IMG/VR virus record: IMGVR_UViG_3300021185_003947
DNA from: a virus
Lineage: Duplodnaviria; Caudoviricetes
Reading direction: 5' to 3' (one strand)
DNA: 64,000 nt
Part shown: positions 40,005 to 50,081 of the stretch, one piece after another
Layout of the letters: each line of letters begins with the position of its first letter
How positions within the stretch are numbered: position 1 is the first letter of the stretch
The notes under the pieces: generated by a model
The model's input: the letters and a program-made list of their open reading frames with translations, nothing else
Database searches by the model: none
Told to the model about the DNA's origin: nothing
Translations under genes and position numbers: made by a program

Positions 40005-41111
40005 TTAGAATCCGTCCTGTATATCTTTTTTATTCAACAATTCATTTTCTCTTAAGGTCATGGATATAGTGGTTTCTTGAAAATGACCACCTTTGAAAAA
40101 AGCCGCAGAAGGAGCATTAAATGTAGCTTGAAAATTAGTTAAATAACATGGTTTAAATTTTATAAAGTTTTTTCCACTATTATCACCCTTTCCATAATGT
40201 AAACTAATTTTAATTTCATTTGGAAATCTATAACCAAATGGAACACTAATTCCACCAAGTGTGTCTGTATTAAATGCATCTGGATATAATTCAGTTCTAA
40301 AAAATTTAACAATTTTTGATACCATTTCTGCTTCTCTTTCAGATACAGGTTGCATTTTAAAGCTAAAAGAAAATGTTCTTAGTTGAGGTTTATCAAATAG
40401 CATAGTCATATTAGCCACAGGCGAAGTTCTTAATGTTCCTCGTACTGCTCCATCTATTACTCCATTTTTACCAGCCATACCTGCAAGTCGTGTAGCACCA
40501 AGTCTTGCAGCATCTTGACTGACTGAACCTTTTAATGCATCATAAAGATTTCCTAATGATTGAAACCCACCAGATGCTAAAGATTCTATCATTCCTTCAC
40601 CCCTAGCCATTCCTGCAGCTGCTGCGCCGCCAGCTAAACCAATATCAGCAGTTGAATAACTAACACCATCTTGAAAAACAATACTAGAAGGCATATACAT
40701 TTTACAACTTGATCTAGAATTTGTTTTATTTTCATTTGTAAGTATAGATTGAGCCTTAAATTCTGCGCCAGCCCCGGCCTCTCGTTCTACAGCAGACATG
40801 CCATCCTCGCCTATGGCATCGCCATCGACAACGGCATTACCAGTAGCAGCTGTATAAGTCGTATCACTTATAAATTTTATCATTTCTCCAATTGCACCTG
40901 AAGCGCCGCCTCCTAAATTTGGTGGTGTCGTAATTACTGGTTGAAATAAAATATATGCTGGATATTCATCTTCGTTATGAAGAGGAAATTTTAATCTTGG
41001 TGGTGTGTGAGGTGGGGTTTGCATTTCATAATCAAGGCCCGTTCTTGCAACTCTCGCAGCTCTAATTTTGTCGCCTCTTAAGTGAGTAGCCGGATCTGTT
41101 GCAAATACCAT
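40005..41111 (-). CDS. gp48: Baseplate tail-tube cap gp48-like
   Basis: MLFDKPQLRTFSFSFKMQPVSEREA; KFKPCYLTNF. Confidence 0.75.
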   Translation of the reverse strand: MVFATDPATHLRGDKIRAARVARTGLDYEMQTPPHTPPRLKFPLHNEDEYPAYILFQPVITTPPNLGGGASGAIGEMIKFISDTTYTAATGNAVVDGDAIGEDGMSAVEREAGAGAEFKAQSILTNENKTNSRSSCKMYMPSSIVFQDGVSYSTADIGLAGGAAAAGMARGEGMIESLASGGFQSLGNLYDALKGSVSQDAARLGATRLAGMAGKNGVIDGAVRGTLRTSPVANMTMLFDKPQLRTFSFSFKMQPVSEREAEMVSKIVKFFRTELYPDAFNTDTLGGISVPFGYRFPNEIKISLHYGKGDNSGKNFIKFKPCYLTNFQATFNAPSAAFFKGGHFQETTISMTLRENELLNKKDIQDGF

Positions 41112-41123
41112 ATTAGAATTTCC

Positions 41124-41159
41124 TATAAATAAGTCTAAATTATCTTAATTATATTTATA
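41124..41159. promoter_or_regulatory. Back-to-back late promoters: TATAAATA on + (41124-41131) and on - (41152-41159)
   Basis: Two exact consensus copies between the divergent gp48 and gp4 genes. Confidence 0.8.
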
Positions 41160-41168
41160 TAGGAAACT

Positions 41169-41663
41169 ATGAAAACATACTCAGGCAAATTTAAACCAAA
41201 GAATCCAAAAAAATATAAAGGAGATTATACCAATATAGTGTATAGATCAATGTGGGAGCGTCATTGTTTTAAATGGTGTGATGAGCAAAGTGATGTTATA
41301 TCATGGTCAAGCGAAGAAGTTGTAGTACCATATTTGTATGAAGTTGATAAAAAATATCATAGATATTTTGTTGATCTTAAAATTACATTTAAGAATAAAA
41401 AAACTATATTGGTTGAAATCAAACCAGATAAAGAAACACGACCACCGAAAAATCCAGGTAAAAAAACAAAACGTTATATTACCGAAGGATTGACTTATGT
41501 AAAGAATATGAATAAATGGAAAGCCGCAAAAAATTATGCAGATGATCGCAATTGGGAATTTCAAATATGGACTGAAAATACTCTTGATAAAATGGGAATA
41601 AGGCCAAAGGGCAAAAGTTTAAAACCCCTGCCGGCAATGAAGAAACCTAAGAAAAAAGTATAA
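41169..41663 (+). CDS. gp4: Head completion protein gp4
   Basis: YSGKFKPKNPKKYKGD...YRSMWE...WSSEE...HRYFVD...EIKP. Confidence 0.93.
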   Translation: MKTYSGKFKPKNPKKYKGDYTNIVYRSMWERHCFKWCDEQSDVISWSSEEVVVPYLYEVDKKYHRYFVDLKITFKNKKTILVEIKPDKETRPPKNPGKKTKRYITEGLTYVKNMNKWKAAKNYADDRNWEFQIWTENTLDKMGIRPKGKSLKPLPAMKKPKKKV

Positions 41664-41671
41664 ATAGATTC

Positions 41672-42259
41672 ATGACAGAGATATTTAAAACACTAGAACT
41701 CGAAGCTTTTCGTGCTGGAATTACTCCTCGCACTAAGGAGTCGCGTGAATGGTTTCGCCGTAAGATAAACACCATGCGTGGAAGAGAATATCGTAGAATT
41801 AAACGTGGTCAATTGATGCAAGAAGATGAATTGACTCTTAACAATAACACTGATATTGGTAAAATGTGCATGTTCTTTTATGATCCAAAGCATAAAGATA
41901 CCTTACCTTTCTATGATAGTTTTCCTCTTGTTATTATTATTGGCAAAGCAAAGGGTGGGTTTCTTGGTATGAATTTACATTACTTACCTCCACTATTAAG
42001 AGCTAAGTTTCTTGATGCTTTAATGGAAAATGCAAAAGAAGATGATTTCAATGTTACATATCGAACAGTAAAAGCTGCAAGTAATATGCAATATTACAAA
42101 CCAACTATTAAACACTATCTTAAAAAACATTTAAGAAGTAGATTAGCAACTGTACATGCTCCGGAGTGGGAAATTGCAACTTTTCTACCGACAGCTTCTT
42201 GGCAAAAAGCATCTGGTCGTGAAGTATATAGAAATTCAAGGAGTATACTAAATGGGTAA
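41672..42259 (+). CDS. gp2: DNA end protector gp2
   Basis: FFYDPKHKDTLPFYDSFPL...GFLGMNLHYLP; TATAAATA at 41659-41666. Confidence 0.92.
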   Translation: MTEIFKTLELEAFRAGITPRTKESREWFRRKINTMRGREYRRIKRGQLMQEDELTLNNNTDIGKMCMFFYDPKHKDTLPFYDSFPLVIIIGKAKGGFLGMNLHYLPPLLRAKFLDALMENAKEDDFNVTYRTVKAASNMQYYKPTIKHYLKKHLRSRLATVHAPEWEIATFLPTASWQKASGREVYRNSRSILNG

Positions 42260-42983
42260 TAAATCAATTTTTAATATTGATGCAATGAAGGGTGCTTTGA
42301 AAGATGGTTTAGCAAGACCAAATAAATTTTTAGTATCTTTGCCTGCCGGTAATACAATTGGAAATGATAATAAAACATTTAAAGGTAGAGAAAGCAAACA
42401 CGCAAATGATCTACCCAATAGACCAAATTTAACTTGGCTGTGTAGATCATGTAGTCTACCTATAAATCAAATGTTGACGTCTGAAAGACTGATTGGTATG
42501 AAACAAGAAAAAATAACATATGGATACGCTCAATCAGATGTTATACTTTCTTTTTACGAACCAAACTCTTGGCCTATAAGAAAATATTTTCAAACTTGGC
42601 AAGACACTCAAGTAAATCAAGATACTCAAGAATTGAATTTTAAATATGGAACACCTGGTCGACCAGGATATGCAAAAGATGTAAGAATATTTGCAATGGA
42701 TACAACTGGCAAAGCAACATATGGTGTTCTTTTAATAGATGCATTTCCTACAACTTTAAATGCTCAAGAGTTTTCAAATGAGAATAATGGTATTGTTGAT
42801 ACCACAATAACTTTAGCTTATACTAGGTACCAAACTTTAGCAGTAGGATATAAACCAACCGCATCAAAAGCTGATCTAGACTTTGAAAATGGATTAGATG
42901 AATTTGTTCAAGGACAGGCAAATGCACGATTATATCGAGAAAGAGATGATGCAACAGGATTAAGTACTAGTACATTTATTTAG
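42252..42983 (+). CDS. Tail tube initiator/tube-like protein (gp54/gp19 family)
   Basis: GLARPNKF, FQTWQD, DAFPTTL motifs. Confidence 0.7.
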   Translation: MGNKSIFNIDAMKGALKDGLARPNKFLVSLPAGNTIGNDNKTFKGRESKHANDLPNRPNLTWLCRSCSLPINQMLTSERLIGMKQEKITYGYAQSDVILSFYEPNSWPIRKYFQTWQDTQVNQDTQELNFKYGTPGRPGYAKDVRIFAMDTTGKATYGVLLIDAFPTTLNAQEFSNENNGIVDTTITLAYTRYQTLAVGYKPTASKADLDFENGLDEFVQGQANARLYRERDDATGLSTSTFI

Positions 42984-43022
42984 CATAATTTTTTTATAAT
43001 TTTTAAACCATGAGGTAATATA

Positions 43023-43736
43023 ATGGCACTACCAATTTTAAATGATACACCAAAATATGAAATGACAATTCCATCTACTAATCAAACACTTAAGTTTAGA
43101 CCATACTTGGTTAGAGAAGAAAAAGTTTTAATGATTGCAATGGAATCTGAAGATACAAACGAAATGTTTTCAGCCATTATTGATACTATTAAAGCATGTG
43201 TATATGATCCCAAAAATTCTGTTGTTTGGGATTCATTAGCAATTTTTGATATTGAATATATGTTTGTTACAATTAGATCTAAATCTGTTGGTGAAACAAG
43301 TAAACTTAGTTTAAAATGTACTGAATGTGAGACAGCAAATGAAATTAAAGTTGATTTGTCAGATATTGCACCAGCGATGCCTGATATAAGTAACACAATT
43401 GTTCTTACTGATGATATTAGTTTAGAAATGCAATGGCCAGCATATGCTGATTTATATAAATCTAATATAGAAAAAATGAATTCAACAGATATGACAATGA
43501 TGATGATTGGTAAATGTATTAAATATGTGAATACTGCTGATGATCAAATTATATTAAAAGACGAACCCCAAGCATCTGTTGATGCATTTATAGAATCTTT
43601 AAGTACTACTCAATTTGAAATGATTAAAAACTATACTGAACAAATGCCACAAATAGTAAAGGATATTAGCTTTACCTGCGTTAATTGTGGACACCATAAT
43701 AATATTAAATTACAAGGAATGTCTGATTTTTTTTAG
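43023..43736 (+). CDS. gp26: Baseplate hub assembly protein gp26-like
   Basis: MALPIL...KFRPYLVREEKVLMIA...FDIEYMF..IRSKSVGE...C..C; ends GMSDFF. Confidence 0.9.
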   Translation: MALPILNDTPKYEMTIPSTNQTLKFRPYLVREEKVLMIAMESEDTNEMFSAIIDTIKACVYDPKNSVVWDSLAIFDIEYMFVTIRSKSVGETSKLSLKCTECETANEIKVDLSDIAPAMPDISNTIVLTDDISLEMQWPAYADLYKSNIEKMNSTDMTMMMIGKCIKYVNTADDQIILKDEPQASVDAFIESLSTTQFEMIKNYTEQMPQIVKDISFTCVNCGHHNNIKLQGMSDFF

Positions 43737-43786
43737 TTTGCCTCTCTCATGAAAGTCTCATAAACTTTTACAAGAGTAATTTCAGG

Positions 43787-43927
43787 ATGATGCAAGATCA
43801 TAATTATTCATTAAGTGAACTGGAAAACATGATACCTTGGGAACGAGAAATTTATGTGATGCTTCTTGCTGATCATATAAAAGAAGAAAACGATAAAGCA
43901 AAAGATCGTAAAAACGGTCTTATGTAA
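43787..43927 (+). CDS. gp51: gp51-like small protein (46 aa from the ATG; may instead be translated by frameshift from gp26)
   Basis: MMQDHNYSLSELENMIPWEREIY; below the ORF-track length cut-off. Confidence 0.8.
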   Translation: MMQDHNYSLSELENMIPWEREIYVMLLADHIKEENDKAKDRKNGLM

Positions 43928-43941
43928 TAGAAAGAATAGAT

Positions 43942-46272
43942 ATGGCAACTATAGAACAGTTAACACAGCAGCTCATTGATGTAAATAAAGATCAAGTTGT
44001 AGTCAATGAAGAAAATGTTGATGCAATTGATAATCTTACAAAATCAGTTAATAAACTTCTTAAGTTCCATGAAAAAGCTGCTCAAATGACTGGAAGACAA
44101 TTAGAAGCAGAAAGAGAAGCATCACGAAGAGGTGTTCGTGGTGGTGCTGGTGCAACAACTACAAGTAGTTCATCAAGTAGTTCTGGCCCTTCACTTATAA
44201 TGCCTCCAATGGGATCATTTGCTATTCCGGCCCTTGTTGCTCTTGGAGCATCTTTGACGGGACTCGATGCAGTAATAAAAGCTCTTGCTCTTCCAAAAAC
44301 GTTTAGTCTTTTTGGAAAAACTATTACTACATTTAAAAATACCATAACTGGAATTGGCACCACAATGTCGACATTTGCTGACAGTGTCAAAAATTTTAAA
44401 ATCAAACTGCCAGATTTACCAAAAATACGATTTGTAGATCTTGCGGGCGAGCCATATGATTTTAGTAAATGGACTAAAAATATACCAACAATTGATGTAA
44501 CAGCAATAAGATCTAATGTTACAACATTCTTTGATGATATTGCAACTAAAATTAATACAGATCTTGTAGATAAGATGGATGATTTTAATGTTGGTATGAG
44601 TTCTATCAAAACTAGAGTAAACTTATTTCTTGGCGGCATATATTTAGAATTTGATAAAGCATGGGCTGGCGCATCAGACGAATTTATTAAACATATGACA
44701 AACATTAAAACTAGAAGCCTAAGTTTTTTTACAGACATAATAGCTAAATTAAATTTTTTACTTCCCGGAGCTGGAACTGAAGGATTTAAAACTCTTACTG
44801 AAAAACTTACGTCTATTAAAACTGGTGTTAGCGGATTTTTTGATAGCACTAAACAAATGGTAACAGAAAAGTTAACATTACCAGAAGCTTTTACAAATAG
44901 AATTACAGCCATTAAAACTGGTGTTAGCGGATTTTTTGATAGCACTAAGACATTTGTAGGAGATAATCTAAAATTTGATATGGGAAGTAAAATTGCAGAC
45001 ATTAAAACATCTGTTGGTACATTTTTTGATAACATTCCACGTATTCAATTTGAAATGCCAGCAGGCGCGGATAAAATAGGCGAGAAATTAAGAAGTGTAA
45101 TAGGAACATTAAGTGCAGGACCAGGTGGAGCAGAAGCTGGAACTGGTATACTAGGATTTTTAAATCGTGTATTTACATTTGTAAGGCCTTTGCTTAAGCC
45201 ATTTGAATTTGTATTAAGAACAGTAATGAGACCTCTTACTCAAGTATTCATAACTTTAATAGATTTTGTAACAGGATTTTACAAAGGTTTTACCGAAGCT
45301 GAAGGAGAAGGATTTCTTGATAAATTAAAAGGAGGTATTGAAGGCGGAGTACTTGGTATTATTAAAGGATTTACAGAAGCAATAGATGCTATATTTATTG
45401 CTCTTCCGGCGTGGCTTCTTAAAAAATTAGGATTTGAAGGTGTTGCTAAAGATTTAAAAGAATTTAGTTTAACAGCTCTTGTTGATCCAGCATGGGAAGC
45501 AGTTAAAGACTTCTTTACTACAACAATTCCAGGCAAGATGGAAGAATGGAAAAAAGCATATGTTAATTTTGATCCAATGGAATTTATTACTGAAAAATTT
45601 GAAGCAGTTAAATGTTTCTTCACTCAAACTATTCCAAACAAAATTGCTGAATTTGATCCACTTAAAGATTTTGATCTAATAGGATCACTTACAAACTCAA
45701 TATCTGAATTATTAGATTCAATTGTAAGTATTATTCCAAGTGGTGAAGCAATTAAGAAAATGTTAATAAATGCTGCTAAGCTAATTCCACAAGGGGAAAG
45801 GATATTAAAACTAGCAGGATTAATACCAGATCCTGAAGCAGAAGCGGCAGCAGCGCGAGCTACAGAAGTTGCAATGAATTTGCCAGCTGAACTTAGCGGC
45901 GCGAGTATGGATGGGACTAAAATGGGCACACGTTCTTTGACTTTAGCAAATTTAGAAAAAGCAAAACTTGAACGGGATTATGGTATGTCAGCGGCCTTAG
46001 CTAGAAAAGAAGGAGCTAATCCTGATCTTGCTCGAAGACTTGCAAAAGAGTTAAATCCAGTGATAGCCAAACGTGAACAAGATATTAATGACGCGCTTCG
46101 TTTGGCCGCCGCTGTGGCAGCCTCCCAAGCAAGAGAACAAGCACGAATAGATCAGCAAATGTCGAGAACAGTGCAAGAAGGATCAGTGTATACCACAAAT
46201 AATTATGTTGCTGCATCTCAAGGTTCAACTGATACTGAATTAAGTTGGGTAGAACGATTTTTTCTGAAATAA
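43942..46272 (+). CDS. Tape-measure/baseplate hub-like protein (gp29-like)
   Basis: 776 aa, helical, with internal repeats (IKTGVSGFFDST twice, 38 nt identical at 44815 and 44911); follows gp26/gp51. Confidence 0.6.
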   Translation: MATIEQLTQQLIDVNKDQVVVNEENVDAIDNLTKSVNKLLKFHEKAAQMTGRQLEAEREASRRGVRGGAGATTTSSSSSSSGPSLIMPPMGSFAIPALVALGASLTGLDAVIKALALPKTFSLFGKTITTFKNTITGIGTTMSTFADSVKNFKIKLPDLPKIRFVDLAGEPYDFSKWTKNIPTIDVTAIRSNVTTFFDDIATKINTDLVDKMDDFNVGMSSIKTRVNLFLGGIYLEFDKAWAGASDEFIKHMTNIKTRSLSFFTDIIAKLNFLLPGAGTEGFKTLTEKLTSIKTGVSGFFDSTKQMVTEKLTLPEAFTNRITAIKTGVSGFFDSTKTFVGDNLKFDMGSKIADIKTSVGTFFDNIPRIQFEMPAGADKIGEKLRSVIGTLSAGPGGAEAGTGILGFLNRVFTFVRPLLKPFEFVLRTVMRPLTQVFITLIDFVTGFYKGFTEAEGEGFLDKLKGGIEGGVLGIIKGFTEAIDAIFIALPAWLLKKLGFEGVAKDLKEFSLTALVDPAWEAVKDFFTTTIPGKMEEWKKAYVNFDPMEFITEKFEAVKCFFTQTIPNKIAEFDPLKDFDLIGSLTNSISELLDSIVSIIPSGEAIKKMLINAAKLIPQGERILKLAGLIPDPEAEAAAARATEVAMNLPAELSGASMDGTKMGTRSLTLANLEKAKLERDYGMSAALARKEGANPDLARRLAKELNPVIAKREQDINDALRLAAAVAASQAREQARIDQQMSRTVQEGSVYTTNNYVAASQGSTDTELSWVERFFLK

Positions 46273-46288
46273 CCTAAATGGAAGAATT

Positions 46289-46320
46289 AAAAAAAAATGC
46301 CGGCAATTAAGCCGGCATTT
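46289..46320 (-). terminator. Intrinsic terminator after gp32
   Basis: AAATGCCGGC-N6-GCCGGCATTT hairpin with a T run on the minus strand. Confidence 0.8.
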
Positions 46321-46339
46321 CTCAGTTATATAGTTATAT

Positions 46340-47236
46340 TTAATCGTTAACTAAATTAGCAAAATGTGACATGATATCGTCTTCATCATCTGAACTAGCT
46401 ACAGCACTCATTGCAGGTTCAGGAGCTGATTTAATAGGTGGCGCTACTTTTTCTTCTCCAAGGCTACGCTCTTGGGCCACAGTGGGAGCTCCAGCAACTG
46501 CTGATTCTCCAAGCACACTCATCAATTTAGTTTTTAGCTCTGTATAAGACTTATACTTAGTAGGGTCAGTATACTCAGCCAAATCATGCATTGAATTGTA
46601 AATACCTTCAAGTTTTGCATCATCATCAGAAAGTACTTCTTGAGAAGCAAATTCTGATTTATCGTAGTTGCGATAACCTTCAACATCCCGAATTTTTAGT
46701 TTGAAGTTAGCACCAGTCCAAAAATCAAATGGATTGATTGGTTCTTCATCTGCAAATTCTGGCTGCATTGCATCCATTAGTTTATCAAAGATTTTCTTAC
46801 CATATTGATAGAGAAATACCTTACCTTCATTGGCAGGGTTACCCGGATCAGATACGATAAGAACGTTTGATACATAATGCAAACGACGTTTTTGGTTACG
46901 AGCGGTTGTCTTATCAGACTCAACACCACTATTCCAAAGACGGCTATTGACTTCACCAACTGGATCATCTTGTCCAATAGATGTAAGTGATCGTTCAATG
47001 TACCATTTACCAGTTGGGCCTTTAAAGCCATGATCCCAATAACGAACCCATGGCAACTCAGAACCTTCTGTAGCTGGGAGAAAACGAAGAACAGCATAAC
47101 CATTATTCTGTTTATCGACTGTAGGTTTCCAAATACGATCATCTGTGTATTTGTTTGTAGAACCGCCAGCAGATTCTGCTGCTGCTACAAGTTTATCAAT
47201 TTGACCACGGTTCCGTTTTAGATTTGCAAAAGACAT
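46340..47236 (-). CDS. gp32: Single-stranded DNA-binding protein gp32
   Basis: DDRIWKP.VDK..NGYAVLRFLP...NPFDFWTGANFKLKI...YRNYDKSEF; acidic tail. Confidence 0.96.
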   Translation of the reverse strand: MSFANLKRNRGQIDKLVAAAESAGGSTNKYTDDRIWKPTVDKQNNGYAVLRFLPATEGSELPWVRYWDHGFKGPTGKWYIERSLTSIGQDDPVGEVNSRLWNSGVESDKTTARNQKRRLHYVSNVLIVSDPGNPANEGKVFLYQYGKKIFDKLMDAMQPEFADEEPINPFDFWTGANFKLKIRDVEGYRNYDKSEFASQEVLSDDDAKLEGIYNSMHDLAEYTDPTKYKSYTELKTKLMSVLGESAVAGAPTVAQERSLGEEKVAPPIKSAPEPAMSAVASSDDEDDIMSHFANLVND

Positions 47237-47324
47237 ATTATATTCCTTATATTTGCTGAATTGTGTTTTGTATTAACTGAATTATTATACCACATTTTTG
47301 ACATGAAGTATACCTTTATTTATA

Positions 47325-47519
47325 TTATTTTCTGACAAAAATAACTGTCTCTTTACCAGTGTCAGGATTAACTGATGGAATTGCAACATGACCTTCTGGA
47401 ACAGGTTGTGTTCCAACATATTCCCATTTTAGACCGGCTGCTTTATTGGCATCACTTACTGCAAAAAAATCCTCATTTTCATTTGCAAATAGGCCAAAAA
47501 TCATAATTAGTTCAAACAT
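47325..47519 (-). CDS. Hypothetical protein (64 aa)
   Basis: Start reassigned to MFELIM, overlapping the upstream small ORF. Confidence 0.6.
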   Translation of the reverse strand: MFELIMIFGLFANENEDFFAVSDANKAAGLKWEYVGTQPVPEGHVAIPSVNPDTGKETVIFVRK

Positions 47520-47643
47520 TCTTGTTTTCCTTTGTGTGTTTATATAGTTGATAATAGTAGTCAAAAGTTACTGGATAGTTGTCTGGATCGGGTAGCACTC
47601 CTTTAAACATTTTAATAAATTCATTTATTTCTTCATTGCTCAT
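47512..47643 (-). CDS. Small hypothetical protein (43 aa)
   Basis: Translated by hand: MSNEEINEFIKMFKGVLPDPDNYPVTFDYY... Confidence 0.55.
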   Translation of the reverse strand: MSNEEINEFIKMFKGVLPDPDNYPVTFDYYYQLYKHTKENKNV

Positions 47644-47797
47644 GATTACACCTTAAAGCACAATACCATTCCCAAAAATAATAAGCATTTAAGAACATTG
47701 CCCCTACGATTATAAGGTTACTAGAAAGATTAATTGCAATATATGAAAGTATATCTGCAAATATGTATATTACTACATAATCCCACCATCTTATCAT
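47633..47797 (-). CDS. Small membrane protein (54 aa)
   Basis: Translated by hand: MIRWWDYVVIYIFAD...; ATGA overlap with the gp33 stop. Confidence 0.5.
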   Translation of the reverse strand: MIRWWDYVVIYIFADILSYIAINLSSNLIIVGAMFLNAYYFWEWYCALRCNHEQ

Positions 47798-48033
47798 TCG
47801 AATAGCAATTCATTTTGTTTTGGTAAAAAATTAAGACTCATTGCTTCAGCTTCAATTTTTTCTCGAATCACATTTGATATAAACTTTTTTACATCTTGTG
47901 GATCAATATTAGTGATCTCACATGTCTCAATAACAGCGTCCATATATGATAATTTTTTATCAACGACTTGCTCTTCAATTAACTTACCAAACTTGGCTCT
48001 GTTCATGAACTTAACTTCTTCTTGCATAATCAT
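47794..48033 (-). CDS. gp33: Late transcription coactivator gp33
   Basis: IEEQV..KKLSYMDAVIETC...IREKIEAEA..LNFL. Confidence 0.9.
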   Translation of the reverse strand: MIMQEEVKFMNRAKFGKLIEEQVVDKKLSYMDAVIETCEITNIDPQDVKKFISNVIREKIEAEAMSLNFLPKQNELLFE

Positions 48034-48038
48034 CCTTT

Positions 48039-49181
48039 CTATTTAGCCATAACTCTAACAAGGATAGTATCCTTATTGATGCGACCATTTACTTTATCTT
48101 TAGTTTTAGTCGTGAGCTCAGACCATTCTTTTCTAATTTGATTTGCAGATTTTGTCAAAACCGCTTTTATAAAATCATCCGGTTTGCGAAGTTTAGTACT
48201 ACGTGAAAGATCAGCATCAAGGCCTAGAATAGTAGTACCCTTTACTTCAAAACCAATAGATTTTTGGCATACATATTCTGTTAGCTCTTTGTATTTTACA
48301 TTAAAGGTATATAAACGCATTGCACCAATTATAGAAGTTGGATGGATTGAAGTGAGCTTATATTCTTTTGACTCTTTTGCATAATTAAGTTTTTCGACTT
48401 GCTTATCTGCAGTTTTAACTTTTGGCTTACGAGTAGTACGCAATGCCTTTTTTGATGCCATGAATTTATCAGTATCGTTTACAAGTTGATTAAGAAATTC
48501 AAGATATTTTTTACGTTCTGGAACAGAAAGATGTGAAAATGCTTCAACCAAATCTTCGGTTTTATCTTCAACTAATTCTTTTGCTTCATTACGAATAGGT
48601 GTATAGTAATCCAAAACAGCTTTGGCTGTATTATTTGCAGCATCAACTTTTTTTAATTCATCATAGAGTGAATACTTCATGCATTCCTTATGATTTTTAG
48701 GATCATATTGATCAAGAACATGTTCAACTTGGCCAATAAATTCTGATGTTTTTTCTTTTAAAATTTCCTGTATAGTTTTTCTTTGAGGTGATGGATCATC
48801 AGCAAGGTCAGCTTTTCTAGCAATGTTTTTCTTTCCACGGCCAAGAATTTCTTTCATATGGCGATTTAAACATTCTTCGGCTTTCCACCACATTGGAAAT
48901 TCTTTATCCATTTCTTTCCAAGCAATAGTAGCAGCTACAAAAGGTAAACCAGTAAAAGCCCATTCAGGTGCTTCAAGAGCAATCTTAGCCTGATCCTTTG
49001 GCATAGTTGTTTTAATATAAGACTTAATCTTTGATGCAATATCTTTTTTATCAAGATCAGTACGGCAATAGTCGTTAAAATCACGAAAGTTTCCCATTGG
49101 CCCAGCAGTAAATCCAGTTGACTTACGTCGGGAAAATGTTTGCTTGACTTTAGCTTTCTTTGTAAGCTTACGAGTTACCAT
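48039..49181 (-). CDS. Hypothetical protein (380 aa)
   Basis: Long ORF; SIIGAMRLYTFNVKYKEL...KLRKP...GRINKDTIL. Confidence 0.7.
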   Translation of the reverse strand: MVTRKLTKKAKVKQTFSRRKSTGFTAGPMGNFRDFNDYCRTDLDKKDIASKIKSYIKTTMPKDQAKIALEAPEWAFTGLPFVAATIAWKEMDKEFPMWWKAEECLNRHMKEILGRGKKNIARKADLADDPSPQRKTIQEILKEKTSEFIGQVEHVLDQYDPKNHKECMKYSLYDELKKVDAANNTAKAVLDYYTPIRNEAKELVEDKTEDLVEAFSHLSVPERKKYLEFLNQLVNDTDKFMASKKALRTTRKPKVKTADKQVEKLNYAKESKEYKLTSIHPTSIIGAMRLYTFNVKYKELTEYVCQKSIGFEVKGTTILGLDADLSRSTKLRKPDDFIKAVLTKSANQIRKEWSELTTKTKDKVNGRINKDTILVRVMAK

Positions 49182-49374
49182 TATTAAAGTCCTCTATTTT
49201 GATTAAATCATAATCTCCATCATCCATTTCTTCGTAATGAATATAGCCATCATGACATAGTTTAGTTATTACAAGATCAATTATGCCTTCAACGTTTTCT
49301 TCTTTTGCGCTTCTACGACCAATAATATAGGATGTAATAATAATCCCACTTACAAGTAAACCAAGTTCAAGCAT
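49168..49374 (-). CDS. Small early membrane protein
   Basis: N-terminal hydrophobic helix; GGAG RBS and TTTACA-type promoter at about 49400-49427. Confidence 0.65.
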   Translation of the reverse strand: MLELGLLVSGIIITSYIIGRRSAKEENVEGIIDLVITKLCHDGYIHYEEMDDGDYDLIKIEDFNNGNS

Positions 49375-49453
49375 AGTTATCTCCTTAACATATGACTATA
49401 ATAACATATATAAGAGCGATTGTAAACCCTTAAATGCATTTTTTTTATTTTTT

Positions 49454-49681
49454 TTATGATTTACCTGCAGTAACATATGAGCCTTCAGCCATATCATACG
49501 CCGCTACTAATTCTTTTAACATGTATGGTGATATTACCACAATATTAAAATCATCGTCATCAGTGTATTGACGAATATAACAGAGTTCTTCGTCAACTAT
49601 AATTTCAACATCATCGGTTTTTCCATTATTATCTAAAATGGTAATAATACTATGATCATATTTATGTTCAACTGTAATCAT
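49454..49681 (-). CDS. Hypothetical protein
   Basis: 75-aa ORF in a coupled run of genes. Confidence 0.6.
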   Translation of the reverse strand: MITVEHKYDHSIITILDNNGKTDDVEIIVDEELCYIRQYTDDDDFNIVVISPYMLKELVAAYDMAEGSYVTAGKS

Positions 49682-49793
49682 AATTTTCTAAGTAAACCTT
49701 TTAATTTTACAATTTCAGCATTAGTAAGAGCTGCGTGAGGGACTTTTAGAAGTCGATTCACTGCATTAATGATAAAGTCTCTATCGTCTTGAT

Positions 49794-50081
49794 TCATTTC
49801 TTAGCAGTCTTTCTTAAGCTCTTAAGGGCCTCTGAGATGATAGTTGGATATTTTCCAATGTAACTACCTGCTTCTAAAACATCCTTGCTTAGTAGATGTT
49901 TATGATAGTGTTCAATATTGTCCCATTGCTTCAGGATATTTTTTGCTAATTTATCATAAAAATCATCAGACAATATTGGATCGTCTTTCTCATAATAAGC
50001 ATACGATGCCATAAGATAATATGGCACCGTCATATTTACATTATTAGTAATTATTCTAATAACATGTTTATCTAAAATCAT
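49794..50081 (-). CDS. Small protein resembling NAD-dependent DNA ligase subdomain Ia
   Basis: SYAYYEKDDPILSDDFYDKL matches the Y..D.P.ISD..YD motif. Confidence 0.55.
   Translation of the reverse strand: MILDKHVIRIITNNVNMTVPYYLMASYAYYEKDDPILSDDFYDKLAKNILKQWDNIEHYHKHLLSKDVLEAGSYIGKYPTIISEALKSLRKTAKK

Noticed and set aside
44082-45929. Minus-strand ORFs of 317, 114 and 101 aa
   Set aside because: Antisense shadows of the tape-measure-like gene, with no motifs or RBS.
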